Assembly: GCA_050613775.1 (NCBI GenBank)
Contig: JBODTK010000013.1
Coordinates: 434,001-498,000, forward strand
DNA length: 64,000 nucleotides
From: Neocallimastix sp. 'constans'
Taxonomy: Eukaryota
Direction: 5' to 3'
Shown here: positions 13,759 through 26,400 of the stretch, one piece after another
Layout of the letters: the number at the start of each line of letters is the position of its first letter
Numbering within the stretch: position 1 is the first letter of the stretch
Made by a program: the position numbers and the translations under genes
Notes under the pieces: generated by a model
The model's input: only the letters and a program-made list of their open reading frames with translations
What the model was told of the DNA's origin: nothing
Databases searched by the model: none

Positions 13759-14242
13759 AAAATAAAATTTATTGTATCTATAAAATGCTAAACCTCTTAA
13801 TTTATAAATTGTTATAAAAAATAAAAATAAAAAAAATAAAAAAAAATAAATCTTTTTACTAATAAAATTATTAATTATTTATTATTATTAATCACTTATT
13901 AAATTATAATAATCGTACAATCTGATAGTACACACTGTCTGACGTGCAGCTTACCTCTTGAAAGGTATCATATCATGTGTTTGCCACAGTTACTATTTTC
14001 AATATAAAAAATAGCAGTCTAGAGCCTAATAGCCCAGTTACTATGTAGGTTAAACTTAATCCGGAAATCTACGCAAGAATATTAGTTTAATTTAATAATA
14101 ATTAATATTTTTAACAATTAATAATAATTAGTTAAAAATATAAAAATTGTTTTTTTTTTCTTTTAAAAAAAAAATATTTGTTTTATTGGAAAATTATTTA
14201 TTTATATTATAATTATATCCCAATGTATTAATTTATTATTAT

Positions 14243-14259
14243 ATTCCCCGATATCTCCA
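14243..14259 (-). promoter_or_regulatory. Candidate PBS of the gypsy relic (tRNA-Ala-like 3' end)
   Basis: TGGAGATATCGGGGAAT follows ...TACCA and resembles the complement of eukaryotic tRNA-Ala acceptor ends (..CCCCGGCATCTCCA), from memory. It lies 500 nt upstream of gag. Confidence 0.4.
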
Positions 14260-14784
14260 TGGTACGGTTCATATTAATTTAGGAAATATAATAATAATTA
14301 TTACAATAAAAATATTTTTTTTTTAAAACAATATTTATTTATTTAAAATTATAAAAGAAAAATAATAATAATATAATTATTTATTTAATAAAAGTAAATT
14401 ATTCGTTTTATTTTATTTCACTAAAAATTACATGTATTTATATTTTTTTATCAAATTAAAATTTGTAAAGCCTAACTATTTCTTTATAAACTAATTATTA
14501 ATTATTTTAATAAATGAATCATTTAAATTGAAATTGAATTATTATTTTAGTTAATATTATTGTTATAAATAGTAGTTATATATTATTGAATTATTAATTA
14601 TTTAATAATAGTTTAGTATTAATATATATAAAATAAAAATAAAAAGATTATACAGAATATTTTATTGTGGTTTAGTTAAATTTAGTAATTAAAAATAAAT
14701 TTAAATTGATAATGAAAATTTTAATAATTAATTAAATAGATTTGATTATTTTCAATATAACATATTACATAAGAAATATAATAT

Positions 14785-14911
14785 TAATATGTTAAGTGGG
14801 CAAGGACAATATTCTTAGCTAGAGATTTTAATGCAATATAACGGAATTGGATCGATGATTCAATAAGGAATTATAAGTTGATTGGTGATTTATTAACTTA
14901 ATAGTTCTAGT
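14785..14911 (+). pseudogene. Probable non-LTR (LINE) APE endonuclease relic interrupted by copia D; appears to continue after 21279
   Basis: Reads TIFLARDFNAI*RNW...IGDLL (GDFN motif with G>R). The right flank of D reads INTFTEGS*ELKHIFF (TF...IDHIF-like). Confidence 0.4.
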
Positions 14912-15169
14912 TGTCAAAATAATGATTAATTTAATTAATCTATCTTTAATATAAATAATGACCAATTACTTGTATTAATATTTAAAATAAAAAGTATAAA
15001 AATCATGGAATTATTATTTTATAAAAAAATCATATCTTATACAAAAGAGAATAAAAATAATTTATACTGTTATAAAAAAATATTTTTCTAAAAACTACTA
15101 ATCCATATATATTTATTATTGTGTTTATTATAACTTATTTGAGTGTTTCTTAACATAATATTTTTGACA
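14912..15169 (+). repeat. 5' LTR of copia D
   Basis: TGTCAAAA...TTTTGACA terminal inverted repeat; direct repeat of 21021-21278. Confidence 0.96.
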
Positions 15170-15196
15170 GATTAAGAGTCTCAATCTCAACCGATT
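15170..15196 (+). promoter_or_regulatory. Primer-binding site complementary to the 5' half of tRNA-Lys(CUU)
   Basis: Reverse complement AATCGGTTGAGATTGAGACTCTTAATC resembles the D-loop to anticodon arm of tRNA-Lys-CTT (TCGGTAGAGCATGAGACTCTTAATC). Abuts the LTR. Confidence 0.8.
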
Positions 15197-15420
15197 AATC
15201 CATATAAAAGTTAAGTATTTTTTTTTTAAAATAAAAATTTAACATTAAATAAATTTGAAATTTATATATTTATTATTAAATATTAATTTTTAATTATTTA
15301 TATATATATATAAATATTTATAAATTATAAAACTAAAATAAAAGTGGAATCTTTAATATTTAAAATAATTGTACAAAGAAGTCCAATATCAATATAATTG
15401 AATTTGAAAATAAACAAAAG

Positions 15421-15730
15421 GTCAGCTATTAGACATAAGCTAAGGATGAAATAAAAGATCAGCTATTGAATATAAGCTGAGAATGAAACAAAAAATCAAC
15501 TATATTATATAAGCTGAGAATAAAAGAACATAACATGTCAGCTATGTTATATAAGCTGAGGATAAAAGAACATAACATGTCAGCTATACTATATAAGCTG
15601 AGGATAAAAGAACATAACATGTCAGCTATGTTATATAAGCTGAGAATAAAAGAACATAACATGTCAGCTATGTTATATAAGCTGAGGATAAAAGAACATA
15701 ACATGTCAGCTATGCTATATAAGCTGGGAA
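15421..15730 (+). repeat. Array of 8 palindromic hairpin repeats (37-42 bp period) in the leader of copia D
   Basis: TCAGCT-N10-AGCTGA-type units at 15422, 15459, 15496, 15538, 15580, 15622, 15664 and 15706 (three have one stem mismatch). Confidence 0.95.
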
Positions 15731-16349
15731 AAATATAATAAAAAATTCAATTATATAATAAATAATTAAAATAAAGATTTTAATTAAAATGAAATTATAA
15801 TAATATATTAAATATGAACAATTAATGATATAATCATTTTCACAACAATAACAAAAATTTTTAAATACACTTAATATAAATAAATTAATCTCTTTATACT
15901 ATTGTTCGTAATATAAATATATACAATACTTTATAATAAACATTAATAAAAATAATTTATTCTTAATTAAAAAAGGAATAGTAACATAATCACATTCACA
16001 TTATTTAATAAAAGAATCAAAATGATAGGTTTCAATAATAATAAAATTATACTAATTCCTCCATCAATATTAAAAAAAAATGTATATTAATATCTTTAAA
16101 TTAAATTTTTTAAATATTAATCATTAAAAAATCTATATAAATAGATTAATAATAAATTGTCACTAAAAATAGAACCAATCAAAATTAATTACAATTTACA
16201 TTATTTAATTTAATAAAATAAAATCTAACTAAAGAAATAAAAAATATATAAAAGACAAATTAAAGAAAAGCAATAAAAAATAAATTAAGAAAATAATAAA
16301 ACATAAATACTTTTAATTAAAATAAGAAGGTAAAAATAAAAAATAGAAA

Positions 16350-19300
16350 ATGAGCAGAAACAATTCAAGAAGTAACTCCAGAAACCAAATCATCGAAATT
16401 CCCGAATCAGAAAGTAATTTCTTCGCTAAAGGAATCTCTTTCAATTACTCCGAGAATTTCAATCATGTTACCGAATTAACGGTTGAAAACTTCCAAGATT
16501 GGAAAACTAACGTATTGGACCTCTTAATCATCAATAATCTAGATGAATACGTTAGTTTACCAAAAGTAAAAAATTGAGAAAGAAGGATATTAAAGAAGAT
16601 TTAGATAAGTACATTAAAGATAAATTTAATAATTCTCTTGTTTACGATATTGGGACAAACCAAACAGATATCAAGAATGACATCATGGTCAAATGGATAA
16701 TTAATAATAGCCTGGGAAAGAAAACGAAAGAAATAATAAAAAGCCATAGTAAGACCGCCTTCGAAATGTGGAACTTCCTTCAAGATTCCTTTACTTTAGG
16801 AGAAGAGCATCAAAAAATGCTATTACGAAATAAATTAAACAGATTGAAATTTACCACAGATGATGACATACGTATCTTCCTTGCAACACTTCAAAATATG
16901 ATCGATGAATTGGAAATCATTGATACAGACATGAGTGATAGTGTAAAGGTAGGGATTCTGAATAGAGCCTTACCTGAAAATCTAAGGTGGATAAATGTTT
17001 TCCAGTACAATAATGAATGGATAAAATGTTGCAATTACGTAAAAAGAATAATACCAGATATTCTTTTCTCGAACATCAAGGAAAGAAAACTTCAAGAAGA
17101 AAACGCAAAAAATATTTTTAATTTACAAACTGAAAACAAAAATAAACAAAATAATAAGCATTTAAAAATAAGAAGAAGAAAAAATGGAAAATGTTTCTTA
17201 TGTGGAAAATACGGCCACTACAAAAAGGAATGTTATAAGTATAAAAGAAATAAGCTCTTGAATCAAAACAATGAAAATAAATCAATGAAAATTCGAAGAA
17301 AATTGAACAAAAAATATAATAAAAGTAAAATTAATAACAAGCATTTATATTCAATAAGCAATTACAACAACTATAAAGACGACTACTTAGAAGATTTTTC
17401 TAAAGATTATAACTCTGACAATGCAATCGAAATTAATTGTTTAGAAAGAATAAATAATAAAAATCACGAAAATAGTAATATATATAATAATAACTTCATA
17501 GTTTGGATTTTAGATTCAGGTGCTTCAATCAGTACTATTAATGACATAAAATTTCTTACTAACATTAAAAAATGTAAAACAAAAATTTTACTAGCGAATG
17601 GTAAAGAAGTATTATCTGAATTTTGTGGCGATTTTGTAGGATTCATTAACAACAACAAATTCATTTTAAAAAATGTTTATTATTCACGATATATTAAGAG
17701 AAACTTAATTTCAATCAATCAATTAATTTCTCAAAATTATAAAGTAATATTCAATAATTATGACAACTCCCCACAAGCATTAATTTATGATAATAATTGA
17801 AATAGAATTTATAAATCTTTATCTAATGATAAAAATACATATCAAATTTTCACTTCCAAACACCAAACAAATTTAAATTCAACAAAACATAACGAAATCA
17901 ATTATACAGTATCAAATAACCAACAAGTAATAGACCTTTGGCATAGACGCCTAGGTCATTATGATATTTCTAAAATAAAAAATAAATTAAGTAATATCAA
18001 TCTAAAATTAAAATGCCCAGTATGTATTAATTCCAAATTAAAAAATAAGTCATTTAAACCATCTACCAATAAGACTAAACAAATTTTAGAATTAATACAT
18101 CTAGATCTTGTAGGACCTGTTAATCCTTCAATAAATAACAATAAGTATTTCCTTACAATTTTAGATGACTACTCTAGATATGGATGGGTCATCTTCACTG
18201 AAAATAAAAATGATGTATTTAACAAATTTATCATTTGGTATAATAAAATTTATAATTCATTAAATATAAATATCAAAGCAATTCGATCTGATAATGGGAA
18301 GGAATTTCAAAATAGTAAATTTCAAATTTTCTGTGAAGAAAATGGAATTCATCATCAGTTTTCAGTTCCTTATAACCCTTCTCAAAATGGAAGGGCTGAA
18401 AGATTTAATGGTATACTCATTGCTTCTTCAAAATCACTTCTTAACGACGCTAAACTCAGTCATGATTTTTGGGAGTTTGCTGTTGATACTGCAAACTATA
18501 TTCATAATCGACTTCCCCATCAAGGCATTCAAAACAAAATTCCATTTGAAGTATTTTATAATAAGCCTGTAGTTTACAATACATTTAGAGTATTCAGATG
18601 TAGAGTCTATTTCTTTGTGCCAAAGGAACTAAGATCAAAATTTGACAATAATTCACATCCTGGTATTTTTCTTGGATATGGCGATCATCCTTCCACTTAC
18701 AAAATTCTTGATGTTATCAATAATAAAATCATCCAATCTCGCACTGTAGAATTTATGGAAAATGAACCAGGAAATTCCTTTTTAAATCGTATTCATTCCA
18801 ATAACAAATTCAGGGAGAGCAACTGTCTAAACCGACTTAGATACCGTAATGAAATTGATGATTATAATAATAAAATAACAGATATTATCAATGAAAGAAA
18901 TGCTACAACAAATTTTAACCAGAATAGAAATATTAACCAGAATAAAAATATTAAAAATCAATCCAAAAATAAATCCTCTAAAACAAATAGAATTAGTCGT
19001 AAATATTATCCCAATTATCAAAATAATAATAAAAAAATTATCATTAATAACAGTAATCAAAATAATAATAATGAAAATAACAGCAATACTATTGACAATA
19101 ATTCAATCAATAATAGTAACAATACTTTTAATCAGGAATTGTTAAATTCAAATGATCACAATTTCAATAATAATTCAATCAATATTAATAATGAAATTAA
19201 AAATACGACTGAAAATGATAACAACAAAATATCAACAGAAAACCAACAAGAAATTAACAACATTAATAATAAATATAACACAAATAAAGAGAAAAATCAA

Positions 19301-20948
19301 AACTATCAACATCCTAAAAATTCAAAAAGGAATTTAAACAATTTTACAATTAATTCAAATAAAAGAAAAAAAATAAACAACACAGATGAATCAGACATGA
19401 AAATTAATGAAAATACATTAATTGAACCATATAACTTCAAGGATATATTCAAATTTAAAGATAAAATAGAATGGCTAAACGCAATCAAGAAAGAATTAGA
19501 AATCATGAAAAATCTTGATGTTTATAAAATTGTTAAAACAGTACCATCAGGATCCAACGTAATATCATCACGATGGGTATTTAAGTATAAATGAGATGCA
19601 AACGGAAATGTTATTAAAAGAAAGGCAAGATTAGTTGCAAAAGGATACACTCAACAGTACGGTATCGACTACAAAGAAACATTTGCACCAACACTAAAAC
19701 AGGATACAGTTCGAATCATTACAGTTATCGCGGTTCAGAAAAAATTTCAATATTGTTCAAATAGACATCAATTCAGCTTATTTAAATGCACCATTAAATG
19801 AGCATATATACATGAAAGCACCAGAGGGTCATCCATCTTACGGAAAATCTTTTTGGGAACTTCACAAAGCTCTTTACGGCTTAAAACAAGCTGGTAAAGA
19901 ATGGAATGATAAACTCAATGAAGAATTGATAAAAATAGGTTTCAATAGAATAAAAAGTGAGCCATGTGTTTATATTAAATTAAACAATGGGAAGGAAATA
20001 GTTTGTATTCTCTCAGTATACGTTGATGACATTCTCATTGCAGGAACAAATCAAGAAATAAATAAAGTAAAACAATCTATTCAAAGGAAGTTCAATATAA
20101 AGGATATTGGGGATGTTGAATTTGTAATTGGAATAAAATTTACCAAAACTTTAAATGGTTACATTTTACATCAAGGTAGATATATAAATGACATTTTAAA
20201 TAAATTCGATATTAGCAACTTAACACCAGTAAAAAATCTTATGCCATTAGTAAATCCAAATCTAAGAACCAAGAAATTCAATGAAACAAAATACCGAAGT
20301 GCAATAGGAAGTTTACTATATTTAGCTATCTGTACCCGTCCTGATATTCTTTTTGCTGTTAGTAGAGCTTCAAGAAAATCAACAGATCCCAACTTAGAAG
20401 ATTGGATGAATGTTTTAAAAATTGTTAGATATCTCAAATATACAAAAAATTATGGAATCAAAATAGAAAAGGGAATGAATTTAAAAATATTTGTAGATGC
20501 CGATTTTGCTGGCGATCCGAATACAAGAAAATCAACTTCTGGATTTCTCATGTTAATGGGGGACACTCCAACAAGTTGGTATTCCAAATTACAGCACTGT
20601 GTCTCCACCTCAACTACAGAAGCTGAATATTATAGCTTAAGTGAATGCGCAAAACATTCATTATGGTACAAAAATTTACTAAACGAATTAAACATAAATA
20701 TCAAAGAAATAACAATTTTCGTAGACAATAAAGCAACAATATATAATAGTGAAAATCAATCAATAAATCCGAAATCAAAACACATTGATATTAGGTATCA
20801 TCATATTAGGGATTTAGTAAATAAGAAAATTATAAAATTAAAATACATAAAATCAAAGGACAACCTTGCTGATGGTTTTACAAAATACTTAAATAACTCT
20901 TTAATGGACAAATTTAGAAATACCTTATTAACGAAAATAATTAATTAA
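16350..20948 (+). pseudogene. gag-pol polyprotein of copia D with four lesions
   Basis: ATG 16350; A-run frameshifts at ~16570 and ~19745; in-frame TGA at 17798 and 19592. CFLCGKYGHYKKEC, LDSGAS, HHCC/DDE integrase, YVDD and DADFAGD are all present. Confidence 0.93.
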
Positions 20949-21020
20949 TTATATTAAAATCTATCTTCATTTTTTTTATCTTTTAAAAAGTTTTTTTTTG
21001 AAGCTAGATTTTTGGGGGAA

Positions 21021-21278
21021 TGTCAAAATAATGATTAATTTAATTAATCTATCTTTAATATAAATAATGACCAATTACTTGTATTAATATTTAAAATAAA
21101 AAGTATAAAAATCATGGAATTATTATTTTATAAAAAAATCATATCTTATACAAAAGAGAATAAAAATAATTTATACTGTTATAAAAAAATATTTTTCTAA
21201 AAACTACTAATCCATATATATTTATTATTGTGTTTATTATAACTTATTTGAGTGTTTCTTAACATAATTTTTTTGACA
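21021..21278 (+). repeat. 3' LTR of copia D
   Basis: Direct repeat of 14912-15169, preceded by the PPT. Confidence 0.96.
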
Positions 21279-23426
21279 GAAATAAATACATTTACTGAAG
21301 GATCCTAAGAATTAAAACATATTTTTTTTTGTAGTTCTAGTTAAAAATATGAGGTCTTGTCTTCTTAAAGTAAATGAGAACTATAAAAAGAACTATAAAG
21401 CAAAATAAGTATTCTACTGATAGATAAATTTAAATTTTAATAAATGATATCTGTTGTATTGTAGAATATAAATTACAATTAGAAGAACCGTATTTTTTTT
21501 CTAATAATCACCAAATGAAAAATATCTAGAAATCAATCCATGAAAAATATTAAATGGGAAAATAGAAGAAGGAGGCAGTTGTAAATAATAATTTTGTTAT
21601 CAAATTTTTTATATACTTATATACATGTTATATTATTTGTCTTAAAATTAGAGAATCCTCCAAAATTTATTTAACGTAAAAATTTTTGTAAATTCCTTTT
21701 TAAAAAAGGAGGAACGTATGAACTCGAAGAAAAATTTGAATGGTTCGCCTTTATTCTATTTCAAATGATTAGTTAAAAATATAATTCTATTATTGTACCA
21801 CATTTCTAATAATAAAATTGAAAATTTTATTTATTAATTTATTAGGAACCTTCATGGCTTCTAATGTTTCTGCTGTCAGTTCGATAAAAAACAATAATTC
21901 ATACATTTTAAAGAATAACTACGCTAGTATTTTTATTTCTAAGAAAGATAATAATATTACTTTATTTAAGATTGCTAGTGACAATAAAGAATTTTTAAAT
22001 AGATCCTATATTGAAACTAATAATAATATTAGCTGACAATATTTTTTCAGCTTAATATTAGATGATTATTGAATATTTTATATTTATATTCATTATTTTT
22101 TTTATTTAAAATTATTTTAATATTAATTTTATTTTATTGATTTTTTATTTTTTTTTTTTTATTTCTGAGAAGTGATTTATTTATTTATATATATTTTACT
22201 GAATTTAATCAGCTCAATTTTTATTTAATTATATGTGTAATTAAATTTTTATAATCATTTTATTTCTTTTTATAGAACTATATTTAATATAATATTTATT
22301 TATAAGATTTTTCAAAAATAAATTTCTTATTTATAAAAAATAAAAATAAGAATACTTATCTTAGTTTTTCTTTCAGGAGATATGTTTAATTGAATTTCTT
22401 TATTAAATAGGTTTTATTATATTTATTTTTATAAAGTATAATATTATTAATTTTAGTATTGAATAATAATTAATTTTTATTTTGAAATTATAGTTATATA
22501 TATTTAAAATAAAATATGAATTAATAATTTTATAAATATTATATGCATATAAATTTTAATTTTTAATTATATTATAAAATAAATATAATATTATTTTATT
22601 TATTTTTACTTCACTTTATAGTTGTTTTATTAAGATTATACAAATATATATTATTGGTTATATATACTTGATATTATATATATTTTAAAAAATGTATTAA
22701 GAAACTCCTTAATATCATAAAAGTACAAAACTTTAATTTTATATTTTTAACCAAATGTTTGTAATTTAATTTATTTTATGAATATATAATTTTATATAAT
22801 ATATTAAATAAAAAATTTTCGTCATAATTATTTTATTATTGAAAAATAAAATATAAGTAATCAAATATTTTTATATAATAAAATAACTTCTTTTAAATTA
22901 TAAATTATTTTTATACATATTTCATTTATATTTAATATTTGCATTTTTATTTGTATTTTCTTTATGTTTGTTATTGATTATATAATATTATATATTAAAA
23001 AGAAAATAAAAATTAAATAAAAAAATTAAAAATATTATGTTTAAAATTTTAATTATTATTTTATATAAGTTCTAATTGTATTAAATATATATATTTAAGT
23101 AATAATGAAGTGTAAATTTATAGATATAAAAAAAATAAAGTTAAAGTGAAAATAAAAAAAGATACTTCATAATATAAAATTAAATAATACTATAACTACA
23201 TATATTTGAATTTTTTAATTTTGAAGATTATGATTTATAAAGATAATCTTAGGATTTCCATTGAAGAAAAGGATTTCTTCAAAATCTCTATGAATGTAAT
23301 TTATTTAATACTTAAAGAGAAAATTATTTAATATAATTTCCTTTTTATAGCTTTATGAAAATTTCGATAAACAGATTTTATTTTATTTTATTTTTTAATT
23401 ATATAATACTAAACCTTTTCCATTAC

Positions 23427-26400
23427 TTAATATATTTTTATAAAAATTATAGATGTTAAAATAGAACATATTAACATAAGGAAATAAGGTTTTATTAGTT
23501 TGGAATTACTACTTATATTACATTTTTTTGGATTTTCTTCATTTTCTATACATTCAACATAACCGAGTTGTTCAATGGAACAAATCTTTAATTCATCTGT
23601 TTCCTTATCAACTACAACATAATTATTAATACAGACCAGATCAAACATGGAGATACTTTCTTCTATGTTGTATGTACAATTTGTAAAAATACCACTGACC
23701 GATTCTAAATTGTTTTTTCTACGTCCATGAGAAATTGCTGTTGAATTATTATTTATACGAATATTCTCTATTGCTTGTTTAACATTAAATGGTAATTCTT
23801 CCGTTAAAGCCAGAGGGAAGTTAATGATGACATTTTCATCATAGGAACAGTACTTGGATTTCATTGGAACGAAATTGGAATGACTGTCACAGCGATAATA
23901 GGTTTCCTCAATATAATAATATTGACCACTGATACAGTTTTGTTTCGTACATTCCGTCTCTTCCAATTCCTCAGAATCATGAATACAATAATAAATTGTA
24001 CCTGTATTCGTAATGTAGTAGCCAGTTTCACTGATAGGACTACAATTACTATCTTTATCCTGACTACAGTAATACATTTCTTTGTCTATCGTGTAGTAAT
24101 AACCGTAATTGGCAATAGTTTGTATTTTTATTTCATCTACTGCTGCTTTCTCAAACTTATAAATGTACTTTTTGGTAGGATCAATAGAAATGTAGGCATA
24201 ACCTGAAGTATTAGGTAAGCTATACTTCTCATCTCTATATCTAAAAATGGTTTTAGCCTGTGAGTCATAATAATACGTATTTTCATGAGGTTCATAGATG
24301 TGACAGGAAGAATGTATGCAGGCATACATCACAAGATTAATATTTTTGGAGAAATAGATCCTTCTTTCGATGGTGGTATTTGTAAACATATTAATGATGT
24401 AGTATCCTGTTTGATCCACCATTTGAGCTGAAAATTGATTCATGTGGTAGAGGTGTTGAGAGAAGCCATAGCCATAGATGTAAGAATTAATACCTTCGGA
24501 GTGGTAACAATCTCCAGTTTCACGATTTTTAATTGAAGATTGAGCTAGAACAAGCTCTCCTTTATAAGTGACACAGAATTCATTCTTCTTCATATCAACA
24601 TTGGGGGTGCATTTATTATCCTTAAAGATACAAATGATATCCTTATCATTGGCAAAAGAATATAATTTGTTATTTACATTATATTTCAAGATTCTCTTAT
24701 TAATGTCAGCAATATAGGTAACAGTATTCAGAGCATCAACAGGTCGACAATTACTTTCTTTACAACTGTACAATTTAACATGGTTATCATTGTATTCATC
24801 GATATCACGACTACGAACAATTCGGTTTTCTTTATTATTCAAAAAGATATAAGCCGTTTCGTAGATTTGAAGAATGCAATCAACATCGAGGCTATAGATA
24901 CTTGATTTCTCTGCAAAGTACCTATCATGATAGGAATCGTTGGCTTCAAGACAATTGGTGGTAGAAGTCGTATAGACGTAGGTGGCTGTTTTTCCAGAAA
25001 TAACATTCGGCTTTACTACAATAGTATCAGTGGCAAAATAGAGAACTGAATGATCACTATTTGTACAGAAATCACCAGCCCCTATCGAGGTTGTCGCTTT
25101 TTTTGTCATGGAATAATCGAGTGTGATATAGCATTTATTGTTACTGAATTCACAGATAGGAACAGCGGATAATTCATTTATGGTTAAAGTAGCACATTTA
25201 CCTTCCACACAACGAATAATATCATAGACATCATTGATGTCTCTTACACTGAAGATTTTATCTTCTTCTTCCTTCAATTCTTTATTTTTAATAGTATCCA
25301 TTATATTTTTTGAATTATCATTAACTTCTAGTGATTCATTCTTTCTTTTAGAAAATTTCTTATTCAAAGAATTCATTATCTCTAATTGAAGATCTTTCTC
25401 CATTTCAGAACGTTTTTTCATGGAAACTTCTTTTTTTAGGGCTCCTCGGAAGATACCATTATAAACACGAATTTCTTTACATCTATATCCAATACGACAA
25501 TGTACTAATTTATCCGGTTCACTCGTCAAATAGTAACCACTGAGGGCGTCTTCAAGGAAACATGAAATCACATTACCAGCTTCCACACATTTAATGATGG
25601 TATTATTTTCTTCCGTACAGTCGGCATTGAAATAGTAGTGTTCGATGGGATTTATTTCGTAACAAGTTATGAAACTTTTACAAAATATTAAAGTCTTTCT
25701 CGAGGAAGTGAGATAATATCCTGGATTACCTTTTGATACATAACATCCATCATTGAGTGTACATTCAATGAGGGGATAAAAGTTTCGATCAGAACCAGAA
25801 TTTAAATATTTGACACCACTATCAGGATTAATGAAGATACATTCATTATTGGCGTTACAATGAATAATACCAAGTTTACCATCTTCTCCATAACCTATAT
25901 AATTTCCAGGTTTAATACTTACTTTTACACAAATACCATTGGTACATTTTATTAAGTTATTGCCATTTGTATAATACACCGTTTTTGGTCTGTTATTGCT
26001 ACCACTGTTGTCACGACTATCACGACTATTACCATTCGATTGATTAGGATTAATAATATAGCAGTTTTCACCATCCTTATCACAATAAATAATAATAGAT
26101 GTCTTCGATCCACCTGAACCATCAATCACATACCCATCCTCATCAGTGTATTCCATTATTCCTTCCTCATTACAACGAATGGCCTTTTTATTGATGGCAT
26201 CATAGAGATAGGTGTTTGGAGAACAACCTTTACTTTTAGTACACACTTTCGTAATTTCATCACACGTATAGATCGTATAACCCGATTGATCCCCATCCAT
26301 GGAATCGACCACATTACCATTCTTATCAACAATAATGGAGCCACTTTTGTAATAGCGATTAATAGAGTAATACGAGACTTTAAACAAAGCAAATGTTGAA

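Larger units (their letters stand above)
14912..21278 (+). mobile_element. Full-length Ty1/copia LTR retrotransposon D
   Basis: 258-bp TG...CA LTRs (14912-15169, 21021-21278) with one difference seen; PBS 15170; PPT GGGGGAA 21014-21020; gag-PR-IN-RT-RH order. Confidence 0.97.

Noticed and set aside
15459..15738. Repetitive 81-aa and 67-aa ORFs over the D leader array
   Set aside because: By-product of the 42-bp period; the homologous E array has no consistent frame.
17798..17800. Programmed gag/pol readthrough TGA in D
   Set aside because: It lies after the protease, and the equivalent codon is sense in B (GAA) and E (GGT).
21818..22036. 72-aa ORF resembling a small secreted peptide
   Set aside because: TTG start in a eukaryote, and it lies in decayed, probably LINE-derived sequence; no supporting motif.
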